This document shows, piece by piece, positions 19,483 to 29,713 of a stretch of 64,000 nt of DNA; position 1 is the first letter of the stretch, and every line of letters starts with the position of its first letter. A model generated the notes under the pieces. The model saw only the letters and a list, made by a program, of their open reading frames with translations. It was not told the DNA's origin and made no database searches. Position numbers and translations under genes: made by a program. This stretch comes from Gemmatimonas sp. (GTDB lineage Bacteria > Gemmatimonadota > Gemmatimonadetes > Gemmatimonadales > Gemmatimonadaceae), in contig OZ257156.1 in NCBI GenBank assembly GCA_965279375.1, positions 3,520,001 through 3,584,000 of the forward strand. The letters are read 5' to 3'.

Positions 19483-21381
19483 GTGCTCCCCACGGTATCG
19501 CCTCCTGAGGTCCCGACCGTGATTCGGTGGGTGATCGCGCTTGCGCTCGGCGCCGTCGTGGCGTGGCTCGCGTACGGGCGTGCCGCGCGCGGACATCGTG
19601 GCCGCGCCGCCGCCTTGGGGCTCCTGCGCGGTATCGCGGTGGCGCTCGTGACGGCCATGCTGCTTGGTGCCCCCGCTGCGCCCGCCACCCCGCTCTCGCC
19701 GTTGGTTGCGCTCGATGCGTCGGCCTCCTGGCGCCGAGCGATGGGCGATGACAGCGCCACGGTTCGCGCGTTGCGCACCGATGCCTCGAAGGCTGCGGCG
19801 AACAGTGAACAGTTCGTCTTCTTTGGCGACTCGTTGCGTGATGTGACGGCGCGTGATCTTGCGCGCGTGATGCCAAACGACGGCGCGTCGCGATTGCGCC
19901 CGGCGGTCGATCGCGCCGCAGCGTTGGGACGTCCGTTGCTGGTACTGACCGACGGCGAGGTGGACGATCCCGAGGTGATGGCCGAAGCGCCCGCTGGATC
20001 ATCGGTGCGAATCGCGCCGCGGACGCCGCGAAAGGACGCCGCGCTGGCCGAACTGGAGCTCGCGTCGAGCGCGACGTCGGGTGACACCGTGGATGTTGTG
20101 CTGTTGATCGTCGCCGGCGGCGCCGGAAGCGTGGACGGTCGCGTCTCGTTGTCGCTGGACGGTGCGCCGATGGGATCGGCCGCGGTGGCATCGCTCGCGG
20201 CGTTCTCTTCAACGCGCGTCACGCTGCCGCTGATCGTGCCGCGCGGCGCACGCCTTGGCGTCGTCCGTGCTGCGCTGCAAGTGGCTGGAGACGCCGAGCC
20301 GCGCAACGACACGCTTGCTGCGGCGCTGGAGATCGCCGACCGTCCGCCAGCCGTGTTCGTGAGCACTGCGCCCGATCTGGACGTGCGCGAAGCGCTGGTC
20401 GTGCTGCGTGGTGCGTTGCAGGTGCCTACGCGCGCCTATCTGCGCGTCGCGCCCGGCGTGTGGCGCGAAGAGGGATCGTTGGCGCCCATCCGCGAGGACG
20501 ACGTGAAGACGCGTGCCGGAGCGGCGGGCATGCTGATCGTGCATGGCGACACGACGTGGGCGAGCACGCTCAAGGCGGCGCCGCGTGGCGCGCGCGCCCT
20601 GTGGAGTGCGGCACCACCGACGGCCGTGGCGCGCGCCGGTGAGTTTGCGCGGTCGGCAGAGTGGTACGCGTCCGGTGCGCCCGCATCGCCGCTGGCGTCC
20701 TCGCTGGCCGGCTTGCCGTGGGACACGCTGCCGCCGCTTACGCTTGCCGGTCCAGCGCGCGGTCAGTTCACCGTGCTCGAGGCCAAGCTCGGCAAGTCGG
20801 GCGCGGCCGTCGCGGCGATTGCCGGTCGAGACGTGGCGGGCGCACGCACGCTGACCATTTCTGGCTCGGGCTACGCGGGCTGGTCGCTGCGCGGCGGACG
20901 CAGCGCGGAAGCGTTCACTGCGCTCTGGGGCGCCATCTTCGATTGGCTCGCGGCCGGTCGCGGAGATCAGCGCGCGGCGCGTCCGGCGCTCGGCGCAGTG
21001 CGTGAGGGTGAGGCAGTTCGCTGGCGGCGCGGCGGGTCGGACTCGCTGGTGCGGGTGGCGGTATCGCGCCGGAGCGGCGCGACCGCGGCGACGACGGATA
21101 CACAGTCGCTGCGATTTGTGGGGCCGCTCTTCGAAACCACCGGGCCCGCATTGCCGGCCGGGGTGTACGACGTGCAGACTGCAGGTGGGCCGTCGTTGCT
21201 GGTGGTGAACGCATCGCGGGAGTGGGTGCCGCGTGCGCCTGTGCTCCGGGATGGCGCGCCCACGCGCAGCGCGATGCCGGCGGACGCACCGCGTCTCTCG
21301 GACCGCTGGTGGCCGATCGTGGCGGCGCTGCTTCTGCTGTGCGCCGAATGGGTCGGCCGACGGATGACTGGGCTTCGCTGA
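19483..21381 (+). CDS. Membrane-anchored vWA-like/Ig-like hypothetical protein
   Basis: Two N-terminal TM helices, MIDAS-like LDASAS and LTDG, CARDB-like end (DAEPRND), C-terminal TM followed by AEWVGRRMTGL. Confidence 0.6.
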   Translation: MLPTVSPPEVPTVIRWVIALALGAVVAWLAYGRAARGHRGRAAALGLLRGIAVALVTAMLLGAPAAPATPLSPLVALDASASWRRAMGDDSATVRALRTDASKAAANSEQFVFFGDSLRDVTARDLARVMPNDGASRLRPAVDRAAALGRPLLVLTDGEVDDPEVMAEAPAGSSVRIAPRTPRKDAALAELELASSATSGDTVDVVLLIVAGGAGSVDGRVSLSLDGAPMGSAAVASLAAFSSTRVTLPLIVPRGARLGVVRAALQVAGDAEPRNDTLAAALEIADRPPAVFVSTAPDLDVREALVVLRGALQVPTRAYLRVAPGVWREEGSLAPIREDDVKTRAGAAGMLIVHGDTTWASTLKAAPRGARALWSAAPPTAVARAGEFARSAEWYASGAPASPLASSLAGLPWDTLPPLTLAGPARGQFTVLEAKLGKSGAAVAAIAGRDVAGARTLTISGSGYAGWSLRGGRSAEAFTALWGAIFDWLAAGRGDQRAARPALGAVREGEAVRWRRGGSDSLVRVAVSRRSGATAATTDTQSLRFVGPLFETTGPALPAGVYDVQTAGGPSLLVVNASREWVPRAPVLRDGAPTRSAMPADAPRLSDRWWPIVAALLLLCAEWVGRRMTGLR

Positions 21382-21501
21382 CATGCTGCGGCCGTCGGCT
21401 GCGTACCGTGAGGTCGCGCCGCCGCCGGTCTGACTGCCGCGCTCCACTCGTCCCGCCGCAACGGCATCCGCCATTCGCAACTCGTTACCCGTAACCCGCC
21501 C

Positions 21502-22434
21502 ATGTCTCGTCTGTTTCGCAAGAAGGATGACGTCCCCAAGCGCTCGCTCTGGCAACGCGTCAAGGACCTCGTACGAACTGATGTCGGCGTGTTGCTCCGA
21601 GGTGGCGTCGACCAGGGATCGCTGGAGGCGCTGGAAGAGCTGCTGATCGAGTCGGACTTTGGCGTGCCGACGTCACTCGCCCTCGTGGCGGAAGTCGAGC
21701 GGCTGGCCAAGCGCGGCGACGTGAAGACCGAGACCGAGTTCCGCGACGCGCTGGCCAAGGGAGTGGAGCAGGCGCTCCGCTCGGGGAACTCCGATCCTGC
21801 GCTGCGGATGGCGCCGAGTGGGCCCACCGTGGTGCTGGTGATCGGCGTGAACGGGGCAGGAAAGACGACGTTTATTGGCAAGTTCGCGGCGGATTGCAAA
21901 GCTCGTGGGCAACAGGTGCTGCTGGGCGCGGCCGATACGTTCCGTGCTGGCGCGATCGATCAGCTGCGCGTCTGGGCCGAGCGTTCGGGCGTGGACTTCG
22001 TGGGTGGTGCGGCAGGGTCCGATCCCGCGTCGGTCGCGTTCGACGCCGTCGAGGCGGGCATCAAGCGCAACAAGGACGTCATCATCATCGACACCGCCGG
22101 ACGATTGCACACGAGTGACGATCTGATGACGGAGCTGCGCAAGATCAACCGGGTGATCGCCAAGCGACTTCCGGATGCTCCGCATGAAGTGTTGCTCGTG
22201 CTGGACGGTACCATCGGCCAGAACGCGCTCGCCCAGGCGCGCACCTTCTCGGCGGCGGTTCCGGTCACAGGCGTCGTCGTCACCAAGCTCGACGGAACGG
22301 CCAAGGGTGGCATCGTGGTCGCGGTGCACGAAGCGCTCAACGTACCAATCAAGTTTGTCGGACTGGGCGAGCAGGTGGGCGATCTCGCGTCTTTCGATGC
22401 GGCTGACTATGCGCGGGAGCTCGTCGAGTCGTGA
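21502..22434 (+). CDS. ftsY: Signal recognition particle receptor FtsY (NG domains only)
   Basis: GVNGAGKTT, DTFRAGA, DTAGRLH, TKLDGTAKGG. Confidence 0.98.
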   Translation: MSRLFRKKDDVPKRSLWQRVKDLVRTDVGVLLRGGVDQGSLEALEELLIESDFGVPTSLALVAEVERLAKRGDVKTETEFRDALAKGVEQALRSGNSDPALRMAPSGPTVVLVIGVNGAGKTTFIGKFAADCKARGQQVLLGAADTFRAGAIDQLRVWAERSGVDFVGGAAGSDPASVAFDAVEAGIKRNKDVIIIDTAGRLHTSDDLMTELRKINRVIAKRLPDAPHEVLLVLDGTIGQNALAQARTFSAAVPVTGVVVTKLDGTAKGGIVVAVHEALNVPIKFVGLGEQVGDLASFDAADYARELVES

Positions 22435-24545
22435 AGGCGCCTGAGGGCGATCGGCGTCGGAGGCCACCCGCACGGCCCGCACCGCGCCTCGCCCTCGACA
22501 CGCCGGTTACTTACCTCAAGGGCGTTGGTCCGGTGCGCGGCGAGATGCTCGCGCGATTGGGCATCGCGGTCGCGGGCGATCTGCTGCGTCACGTGCCGCA
22601 TCGCTACGAAGACGCGACGACAGTCACCCCCATCGTCCGCGCCGACGTCGGCCTCGACGTCACCGTACTCGGCAAGGTCATCGCCAAGGGCGTGCTGCCG
22701 TCGCGCAAGCTGCGCGTGTTTCAGGCGGTGCTGCAGGATACCTCAGGGATGATCGAGGTGGCGTGGCCGGGGCAGCCGTTTCTTGACCGCTCGATTGCTG
22801 TGGGCGATTGGCTGCTCTGCACAGGAAGCGTGCGGTTCTTCCACGGTCGGCGCCTGCAGCCGCGCGAGTTCGTCAATCTCGGCCCGGAAGAGGAGGGCAC
22901 CGCCGAGGGGCGCGTGCTCGCTGTCTACTCCACCACCGAAGGGCTCTCGGTGCGCGTGCTGCGCGCACTCATTCAGCAGCATCTCGATGCGCTGCTACCG
23001 TTGGTTACTGAGCCGCTGCCGGCGGACGTGCTGCGCGAGGCAGAGGTGCCTCCGCTGCGAGAAGCGTTGCGACGCGTGCATCGACCGACGTCGGTGGCGG
23101 AAGCGCTCGAAGGACGAGCGCGTCTCGCATTCGAAGAGCTGCTCTGCGTGCAGCTGCTGCATCGCCGAGCCAATCAGCTCGCGCGCGACGCCGAAGGTGG
23201 TCGCCGCTTTGTGAATCGTCGGCAGCTGACCACGGCGTTGCGCGCCGCACTGCCGTTCACGCTCACGGGTGCGCAGGTGCGCGTGATTCGCGAGATCGTG
23301 TCCGACATGGGGAGCCCGCGCCGCATGCATCGCCTATTGCAGGGAGACGTTGGCAGCGGCAAGACGGTCGTGGCGCTCTTCGCGGCGCTCTTGGCGATGG
23401 AGAACGGCGCGCAGGCCGCGCTAATGGCCCCGACTGAATTGCTGGCCGAACAGCATGTGCGGAGCCTCGGGGCGATGCTGGCGCCGCTGTCCATCGAGCC
23501 GGTGCTGCTTACGGGCCGACTTGGGGCGAAGGAGAAGCGCGCCGCGCTCGCGCGACTGGCCGCGCCCGATCCGGTGCTCGCTGTTGGCACACACGCGCTG
23601 CTGTCGGAGGGTGTGCACTTCGCCGATCTCGGATTGGTGATCGTGGACGAGCAGCATCGCTTTGGAGTGGAGCAACGCGCGCTGCTGGGCACCAAGGGCA
23701 ACACGCCCGATGTGCTCCTGATGAGCGCCACACCGATTCCGCGATCGCTCGCGCTCACGCTCTATGGCGATCTCGATGTGAGCGTGCTTGACGAACGACC
23801 GCCCGGACGACAGCCGATTGCGACGGTGCATCGCGCGGAGAGCGCGCGTGGCCGCGTGATGGAATTTGCGAATGCACAGTTGGACGCGGGCCGACAGGTC
23901 TACGTGGTGTATCCGCTCATCGAGACGTCGGAGAAGGTCGATCTCAAGGCCGCGACGACGATGTTCGAGGAGTTGGTGGAGGGCGCGTTCGCATCGCGGC
24001 GCGTAGCTCTGTTGCACGGGCGACTGCCGGGGGAAGAACGGGACGCGATCATGCGCGCCTTTCGCGATGGTGAGATCGACGTGTTGGTGGCCACGACGGT
24101 CATCGAAGTCGGGATCGATGTCGCGAATGCGACCGTCATGATCATCGAGCACCCGGAGCGCTTTGGCCTCTCGCAGCTGCATCAGCTGCGCGGTCGCGTC
24201 GGGCGTGGCGGCGAGCAGTCATACTGCATTCTGCTGGGCGACGTGGGTGTGGAGGCCGCCGAACGACTCGCGCTGTTCACTGCCACCGAAGACGGCTTTG
24301 CGATCGCCAAGGCCGATCTGGAATTGCGCGGCATGGGTGATCTCTTCGGGGCCAAGCAGCATGGATTGCCTGCGTTCCGCATCGCCGACCCGCTTCGCGA
24401 TGAGGCGCTGAACGAGCGCGCGCGCGAGATCGCCGATCGCCTGCTCGCGGTCGATCCCGAACTGCAGCAGCCGTCGCATGCGCCGCTCCGGCACTTGCTG
24501 GCTGTGGGTTATGCGCGTGCCCTCGAGCTGTTCCGGGTGGGCTGA
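22431..24545 (+). CDS. recG: ATP-dependent DNA helicase RecG
   Basis: LKGVGP, QGDVGSGKT, DEQHRFGV, MSATPIPR, QLHQLRGRVGRG, DLELRGMGD. Confidence 0.98.
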   Translation: MKAPEGDRRRRPPARPAPRLALDTPVTYLKGVGPVRGEMLARLGIAVAGDLLRHVPHRYEDATTVTPIVRADVGLDVTVLGKVIAKGVLPSRKLRVFQAVLQDTSGMIEVAWPGQPFLDRSIAVGDWLLCTGSVRFFHGRRLQPREFVNLGPEEEGTAEGRVLAVYSTTEGLSVRVLRALIQQHLDALLPLVTEPLPADVLREAEVPPLREALRRVHRPTSVAEALEGRARLAFEELLCVQLLHRRANQLARDAEGGRRFVNRRQLTTALRAALPFTLTGAQVRVIREIVSDMGSPRRMHRLLQGDVGSGKTVVALFAALLAMENGAQAALMAPTELLAEQHVRSLGAMLAPLSIEPVLLTGRLGAKEKRAALARLAAPDPVLAVGTHALLSEGVHFADLGLVIVDEQHRFGVEQRALLGTKGNTPDVLLMSATPIPRSLALTLYGDLDVSVLDERPPGRQPIATVHRAESARGRVMEFANAQLDAGRQVYVVYPLIETSEKVDLKAATTMFEELVEGAFASRRVALLHGRLPGEERDAIMRAFRDGEIDVLVATTVIEVGIDVANATVMIIEHPERFGLSQLHQLRGRVGRGGEQSYCILLGDVGVEAAERLALFTATEDGFAIAKADLELRGMGDLFGAKQHGLPAFRIADPLRDEALNERAREIADRLLAVDPELQQPSHAPLRHLLAVGYARALELFRVG

Positions 24546-24583
24546 GCGACGCCTACGCCTGAATGACGCGCTCCTCGGGCCGG

Positions 24584-24612
24584 TTGAAGTCGCTCCGAAG
24601 CGTCCCTAGCTT
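24584..24612 (+). promoter_or_regulatory. Sigma70-like asnS promoter
   Basis: TTGAAG (24584-89), 17-nt spacer, TAGCTT (24607-12). Confidence 0.45.
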
Positions 24613-24652
24613 GCCTGTCCGCCTTCCCCCTAGCAGTCGCTCGCTGACCAGA

Positions 24653-25960
24653 ATGCCCATGCGCGCTTCGTCCGTTCGTATCGCCGATCTCAAGAACCAC
24701 GTGGGCACCGTTGTCACCGTGCGCGCGTGGGTCACCCACCTCCGCTCCAAGGGCAAGCTGGGCTTCGCCGTGGTGCGCGACGGCACGGGGCTGATGCAGG
24801 CGGTGGTGGTCAAGGCCGAAGTCCCCGAGACAAGCTGGGACGCGTTCGGCACGTTGACGCAGGAAGCGTCGCTGGCGCTCACGGGCGAAGTCCGCGCGGA
24901 CGCACGCGCTCCGGGCGGATTCGAGATGGGCGTGCAGTCGCTCGAGGTCATCGGCACCAGCCCCAACGACTACCCGATCCAGCCCAAGGAGCACGGCGTC
25001 GATTTTCTGCTCGACAACCGGCACTTCTGGCTGCGCACGCCGCGCCAGAACGCGATCATGCGCGTGCGCCACGAACTCGAACAGGCGATCCACGACTTCT
25101 TCTACGCACGCGATTTCACGCGCTGCGATTCGCCGATCCTCACCGCCGCGATTGGCGAGCGTGCTGGGCTCTTCGGCACCGAGTACTTCGAGGAAGGCAC
25201 GGCCTATCTCGCGCAGACGGGTCAGCTCTACGGCGAAGCGATGGCTGCCGCACTCGGCCGCATCTACACCTTTGGCCCGACGTTCCGCGCCGAAAAGAGC
25301 AAGACGCGCCGCCATCTGACCGAGTTCTGGATGATCGAGCCCGAGATGGCGTGGTACGATCAGGACGACAACATGGACCTGCAGGAAGAGTTCGTCCGCT
25401 ACTTGGTCGAGCGCGTGCTCGAGCGACGGCAGGAAGAGCTCAAGGTCCTCGAGCGCGATACGTCCAAGCTCGATTGCGTCACGCAGCCCTTCGTGCGTCT
25501 TGACTACGGCGAGGCGATCACGCTCGTGCAGTCCAAGGGCAGCGATGCCAAGTGGGGCGAAGATCTGGGCGCCCCCGACGAAGCGCTCATCGTCGATCAC
25601 TACGAGCGCCCGGTGTTCGTCGTGAACTATCCCAAGGAAGCCAAGGCGTTCTACATGAAGGAGAACCCGGCCGATCCGCGCACGGTGCGGTGCGCCGACC
25701 TGCTGGCGCCGGAAGGACGCGGCGAAATCATCGGCGGTTCACAGCGCGAAGACGACTACGACAAGATCCTCGCGCGCCTCACGCACGAAGGACTGCCCGT
25801 CGAGGCGTACGGCTGGTATCTCGACCTGCGGAAGTACGGCACCTTCACGCACTCGGGCTTTGGCTTGGGACTCGAGCGCACGATCGCCTGGATCTGCGGC
25901 ATCGAACACATCCGCGAGGTGATTCCGTTCCCGCGTATGATGGGGCGGCTCACGCCGTAG
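24653..25960 (+). CDS. asnS: Asparagine--tRNA ligase
   Basis: OB anticodon domain, YLAQTGQLY, FRAEKSKTRRHLTEFWMIEPE, GEIIGGSQRE, HSGFGLGLER. Confidence 0.96.
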   Translation: MPMRASSVRIADLKNHVGTVVTVRAWVTHLRSKGKLGFAVVRDGTGLMQAVVVKAEVPETSWDAFGTLTQEASLALTGEVRADARAPGGFEMGVQSLEVIGTSPNDYPIQPKEHGVDFLLDNRHFWLRTPRQNAIMRVRHELEQAIHDFFYARDFTRCDSPILTAAIGERAGLFGTEYFEEGTAYLAQTGQLYGEAMAAALGRIYTFGPTFRAEKSKTRRHLTEFWMIEPEMAWYDQDDNMDLQEEFVRYLVERVLERRQEELKVLERDTSKLDCVTQPFVRLDYGEAITLVQSKGSDAKWGEDLGAPDEALIVDHYERPVFVVNYPKEAKAFYMKENPADPRTVRCADLLAPEGRGEIIGGSQREDDYDKILARLTHEGLPVEAYGWYLDLRKYGTFTHSGFGLGLERTIAWICGIEHIREVIPFPRMMGRLTP

Positions 25961-26021
25961 TCGGCGCACCTTACGCTGCACTGCCGCGGGCGCGTCCGAT
26001 TCGGGCGCGCCCGCGTGCGTT

Positions 26022-26855
26022 TCAGCGCGCTTTTTCCGCTGCTTTTACCTCATCCCAGATCACGTCCTGCTGCTCGAGCGACATCTTCGTGAGCTCTTCA
26101 CCGCGCTCACGTGCGAGCGCCTCCATCGCGCCGTAGCGCGTCGTGAACTTGAGATTCGCGCGATCGAGCGCGAGCCCTGCGTGCACGCCCGTCTTGCGGC
26201 AGAGATTGACCACCGCGAACAGCAGGTCGCCGAGCTCCGACTCGAGCTTGTCCTGATGGACCACCGCGCCCTCGGGCGTGATGTGTTCGGCGACTTCGTC
26301 GATCTCTTCACGCACTTTGGCGAGGGGGCCAAGCGCGTTGGGCCAGTCGAAGCCAACGCCCGCGGCTCGATCCTGCAACCGATGCGAGCGGTGTAGCGAC
26401 GGTAGCCCGGACGGCAGCCCTTCGTCGAGCGACGAGCGACGCGACTTCTCCGCCTTCATTCCTTCCCAGGAACGCTTGACGCCGTCGCCATACAGATGCG
26501 GATGGCGCGCATGCATCTTGGCCACCAACGCGCCGGCGACGTCCTGCATGTTGAACGCCCCACGGTCCTCCGCCACGACGGAGTGAAAGAGCACCTGCAG
26601 CAACAGATCACCCAGTTCGTCGCGAAGCACGGGATCGTTGCCCTCCGCGATGGCGTCGTCCACCTCGTGCGCTTCTTCGATGAGATACGGCCGAAGCGAC
26701 TGATGCGTCTGCACGCGATCCCAGTCGCAGCGCGTGCGCAGATCGCGCATGAGGGCGAGGGCGTCGTCGAGTGTGCGCGGGGCAGGGGACGGCGCAGCAG
26801 TTCCATCCATGGGGCTCGCTTCTCCGTGCGGCGTGGCGTGCTTAGAGTCCGTCAT
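26022..26855 (-). CDS. mazG: Nucleoside triphosphate pyrophosphohydrolase MazG
   Basis: CDWDRVQTHQSL, EEAHEV, ELGDLLLQV, AAGVGFDW and a second ELGDLLF. Start is 26855 or 26810. Confidence 0.95.
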   Translation of the reverse strand: MTDSKHATPHGEASPMDGTAAPSPAPRTLDDALALMRDLRTRCDWDRVQTHQSLRPYLIEEAHEVDDAIAEGNDPVLRDELGDLLLQVLFHSVVAEDRGAFNMQDVAGALVAKMHARHPHLYGDGVKRSWEGMKAEKSRRSSLDEGLPSGLPSLHRSHRLQDRAAGVGFDWPNALGPLAKVREEIDEVAEHITPEGAVVHQDKLESELGDLLFAVVNLCRKTGVHAGLALDRANLKFTTRYGAMEALARERGEELTKMSLEQQDVIWDEVKAAEKAR

Positions 26856-26898
26856 GACTGCGGCAATATATCCGGCCGGACGGGAGCGCCTCGAGCGC

Positions 26899-28068
26899 TT
26901 GGCGTCGCTGCACGCGCCTGCCTGGCTCGAGGTGAACCTCGATGCCCTTCGCCAAAACGCTGCGTCGTTGCGTGCGAGAGCCGGCGTTCCGCTGGTGCCG
27001 ATGGTGAAGGCAGATGGCTACGGCCTCGGTGCCGTGGCCATCGCTCGCGCGCTGGGCGCGTCGTTTGCCGATCGTCCTGTGGCGGCTGACGGTCCATGGG
27101 GCCTGGGCGTAGCGCGTGTGGCCGAAGCCGCTGCGCTGCGCGACAGCGGATGCACAGCGCGCTTGCTGTGTTCGACGCCGCTCCTGCCGCAGGAGTTCTC
27201 GGCGGCGATGGCACTCGAGCTGACTCCCACGTTGCACGGCGCCGAGTCGATCGCCGAGTGGATTGGGGGGAAGGGCGGGGCGTGGCACTTGGCGATCGAT
27301 ACCGGCATGTCACGCGCGGGCGTGCGGTGGGATCGCGTATCGACGTTGCGCAGCGCTGTCGGCGCGCTGATGGCTCAGCATCCGCCGGAGGGCGTGCTCA
27401 CGCACTTTCATTCCGCCGACGAAGGCAACAGATCGCGCGTGTTGCAGGAAGCGCGCTTCGCCGAGTCGATTGAGGTGCTGCGCGAATTCCTCACGCCGCA
27501 GACGCTGATCCACACCGACAACAGCGCGGCGATTTCAGCGCGCGGCGCGAGCCAGGCGACGCTCGTGCGCCCGGGCATCGCGCTGTACGGCGCGTACGCG
27601 GTCGCCAACGCAGCCGCTCAGGCAACTGGTGATGGCGCCGAGCGAGGGGAGCCGGCGGTGCTGCTGCAGCCGGTGGTGTCGCTGCGGGCGCGCATCGTCG
27701 ACCTGCGCGATGTGCTGCCGGGTGAGACCGTGGGGTATGGCGCGACGTGGACCGCTGCGCGTCCGAGCCGCATCGCAACCGTGCCCGTGGGGTACGCGGA
27801 CGGGTACCGTCGGCAGCTGTCCAACCGCGGCGCCGTGCTGGTGCACGGGGTACGCTGTCCCGTCGTTGGGCGCATCTCGATGGACATGGCGATGCTCGAC
27901 GTCACCGGCGTTGCCTGTGCAGAGGCGGACGTGGTCACCATGCTCGGCGCCGACGGCCCGGATCTCCTGTCCGTTGACGAGGTCGCGCGAGCTGGTGATC
28001 TGTCGCCGTACGAACTGCTGACCGGACTCGGTCAGCGTCTTCCTCGCGTGTATCTCGGAGCATCCTGA
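26899..28068 (+). CDS. alr: Alanine racemase
   Basis: VKADGYG (PLP Lys), IDTGMSRAG, RPGIALYG, VGYG (catalytic Tyr), VGRISMD. TTG 26899 has a GGGAG SD; ATG 26854 is the alternative start. Confidence 0.95.
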   Translation: MASLHAPAWLEVNLDALRQNAASLRARAGVPLVPMVKADGYGLGAVAIARALGASFADRPVAADGPWGLGVARVAEAAALRDSGCTARLLCSTPLLPQEFSAAMALELTPTLHGAESIAEWIGGKGGAWHLAIDTGMSRAGVRWDRVSTLRSAVGALMAQHPPEGVLTHFHSADEGNRSRVLQEARFAESIEVLREFLTPQTLIHTDNSAAISARGASQATLVRPGIALYGAYAVANAAAQATGDGAERGEPAVLLQPVVSLRARIVDLRDVLPGETVGYGATWTAARPSRIATVPVGYADGYRRQLSNRGAVLVHGVRCPVVGRISMDMAMLDVTGVACAEADVVTMLGADGPDLLSVDEVARAGDLSPYELLTGLGQRLPRVYLGAS

Positions 28069-29270
28069 TGGCGGCGACGGTGAGCGATAACTCCTCGATT
28101 GGCGATCGGCGCGCCCTGATCCTCGTGCTGGACGGTGTCGGCTGCGGCGAGGCCCCGGACACGGCCGTCTACGGCGATTCGGGAAGCGACACGCTTGGCA
28201 ACGTCGCGCGCGCGGTGGGAGGTCTCACTCTCCCGAATCTGGAACGACTCGGGCTCGGCAACCTCTCGCGCATCGAGGGTGTCACGCCAGTGGCCCATCC
28301 CGTTGCGGCATGGGGCACCATGCTACCGCGGTCCTCAGGAAAGGACTCCACGACCGGACACTGGGAAATCGCCGGTCTGCACCTCGCGAAGCCCTTTCCG
28401 ACCTACCGTCACGGATTCCCTCCCGAGGTGATCGAGCGCTTCAGCGCGGCCACGGGCCGTCCAGTCATCGCCAACACGGTGACCAGCGGTACCGCGGTGA
28501 TCACCGATTTCGCTGACGAGCAGCAGCGCACCGGCGCCTGGATCGTGTACACGAGCGCGGATTCGGTTTTCCAGATCGCGGCACACGAAGAGCTGATTCC
28601 GCTGGAGGAGCTCTATCGGGCTTGCGAGATCGCACGGACCCAGCTGGTCGCACCGCACGACGTGTCGCGCGTGATTGCGCGGCCATTCACGGGAACCTCT
28701 GGGGCGTGGACGCGTACCGCCAACCGGCGCGATTACTCCATTCAGCCGCCGGGCGAAACGCTGCTCGACGCGTTGGCGGCGGCGGGGATCGATCGGGCCG
28801 GGGTGGGGAAGGTCGACGATCTGTTCGCCGGACGGTCGATCGTCTCGCAGCACACGGTGGACAACGCCGACGGGATCGAGCAGATCCTCGCGTGGCTGAC
28901 GGGCCCTTCACGTGGGTTCTGCTTTGCGAATCTGGTAGATTTTGACCAACTCTTCGGGCACAGAAACGATGTCCGCGGATTCCAGGGTGCGCTCGAGGCC
29001 ATTGATCGCGCGCTACCCAGACTGCTGTCTGCACTTCACGAGGACGACCTGCTGTTGATTACCGCCGATCATGGAAACGACCCGACGACGCCGTCCACGG
29101 ACCACGCGCGGGAGCGCGTGCCGCTGCTGGTGGTAGGAGCACGGGTGCGCGGTGGGTCGGTTGGCGAGCGCAGTACGTTCTCCGATCTTGGCGCGACGGT
29201 CGCGGAGTGGCTCGGCGTCCCCTTCAGGGGGGCAGGTACGTCGTTCCTGGCCCAAATCCAGATCGCATGA
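28068..29270 (+). CDS. deoB: Phosphopentomutase
   Basis: LVLDGVG, GKDSTTGHWE, YTSADSVFQIAAHE, NLVDFD, GHRND, TADHGNDP, DHARE. Confidence 0.97.
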   Translation: MAATVSDNSSIGDRRALILVLDGVGCGEAPDTAVYGDSGSDTLGNVARAVGGLTLPNLERLGLGNLSRIEGVTPVAHPVAAWGTMLPRSSGKDSTTGHWEIAGLHLAKPFPTYRHGFPPEVIERFSAATGRPVIANTVTSGTAVITDFADEQQRTGAWIVYTSADSVFQIAAHEELIPLEELYRACEIARTQLVAPHDVSRVIARPFTGTSGAWTRTANRRDYSIQPPGETLLDALAAAGIDRAGVGKVDDLFAGRSIVSQHTVDNADGIEQILAWLTGPSRGFCFANLVDFDQLFGHRNDVRGFQGALEAIDRALPRLLSALHEDDLLLITADHGNDPTTPSTDHARERVPLLVVGARVRGGSVGERSTFSDLGATVAEWLGVPFRGAGTSFLAQIQIA

Positions 29271-29713
29271 GTGCTCCGTCGAGTGCTCCGTCGTCAGCGG
29301 TCGCCTCGCTGTCCGTCCAGGAGGCGAAGCTGCGCAGCGCGGCGGATTCGGCGCGCGCCAATGCGTGGTGCCCGTACTCCCGCTATCCTGTAGGGGCGGC
29401 GCTCGAGGCGGAGGATGGTCGAATCTTCGCCGGCTGCAACGTCGAGAACGCATCGTACCCTGCCGGAACCTGCGCTGAACGTGTCGCCCTCGGGACGGCC
29501 GTCGCAGCCGGGGCTCGGCGCTTTACGCGGGTTGTCATCACGTCGGCGGCAGCTGTGCCGACGCCTCCCTGTGGTATCTGTCGGCAGGCGCTCGTGGAGT
29601 TCGCACCTGATCTCGAGGTCATTGCGATCTCACCACACGGGCAGACAGCGCGCTGGTCGCTCGCTGAACTGCTTCCTGCTCCCTTCACGCCTGCTTCGCT
29701 CGAGAATGCCTGA
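29267..29713 (+). CDS. cdd: Cytidine deaminase (homotetrameric, 3-Cys type)
   Basis: PYSRYPVGAA, GCNVENASY, CAER, PCGICRQ, LLPAPF. ATGA overlap with deoB. Confidence 0.95.
   Translation: MSAPSSAPSSAVASLSVQEAKLRSAADSARANAWCPYSRYPVGAALEAEDGRIFAGCNVENASYPAGTCAERVALGTAVAAGARRFTRVVITSAAAVPTPPCGICRQALVEFAPDLEVIAISPHGQTARWSLAELLPAPFTPASLENA

Noticed and set aside
8920..20366. Long minus-strand ORFs opposite dcw and M23 genes (8920-10791, 11729-13654, 18165-20366)
   Set aside because: They fully overlap well-supported genes and have no recognisable domains.
26022..26855. mazG as part of a toxin-antitoxin or anti-phage system
   Set aside because: It is the two-domain housekeeping type, with no mazEF or defence genes adjacent.
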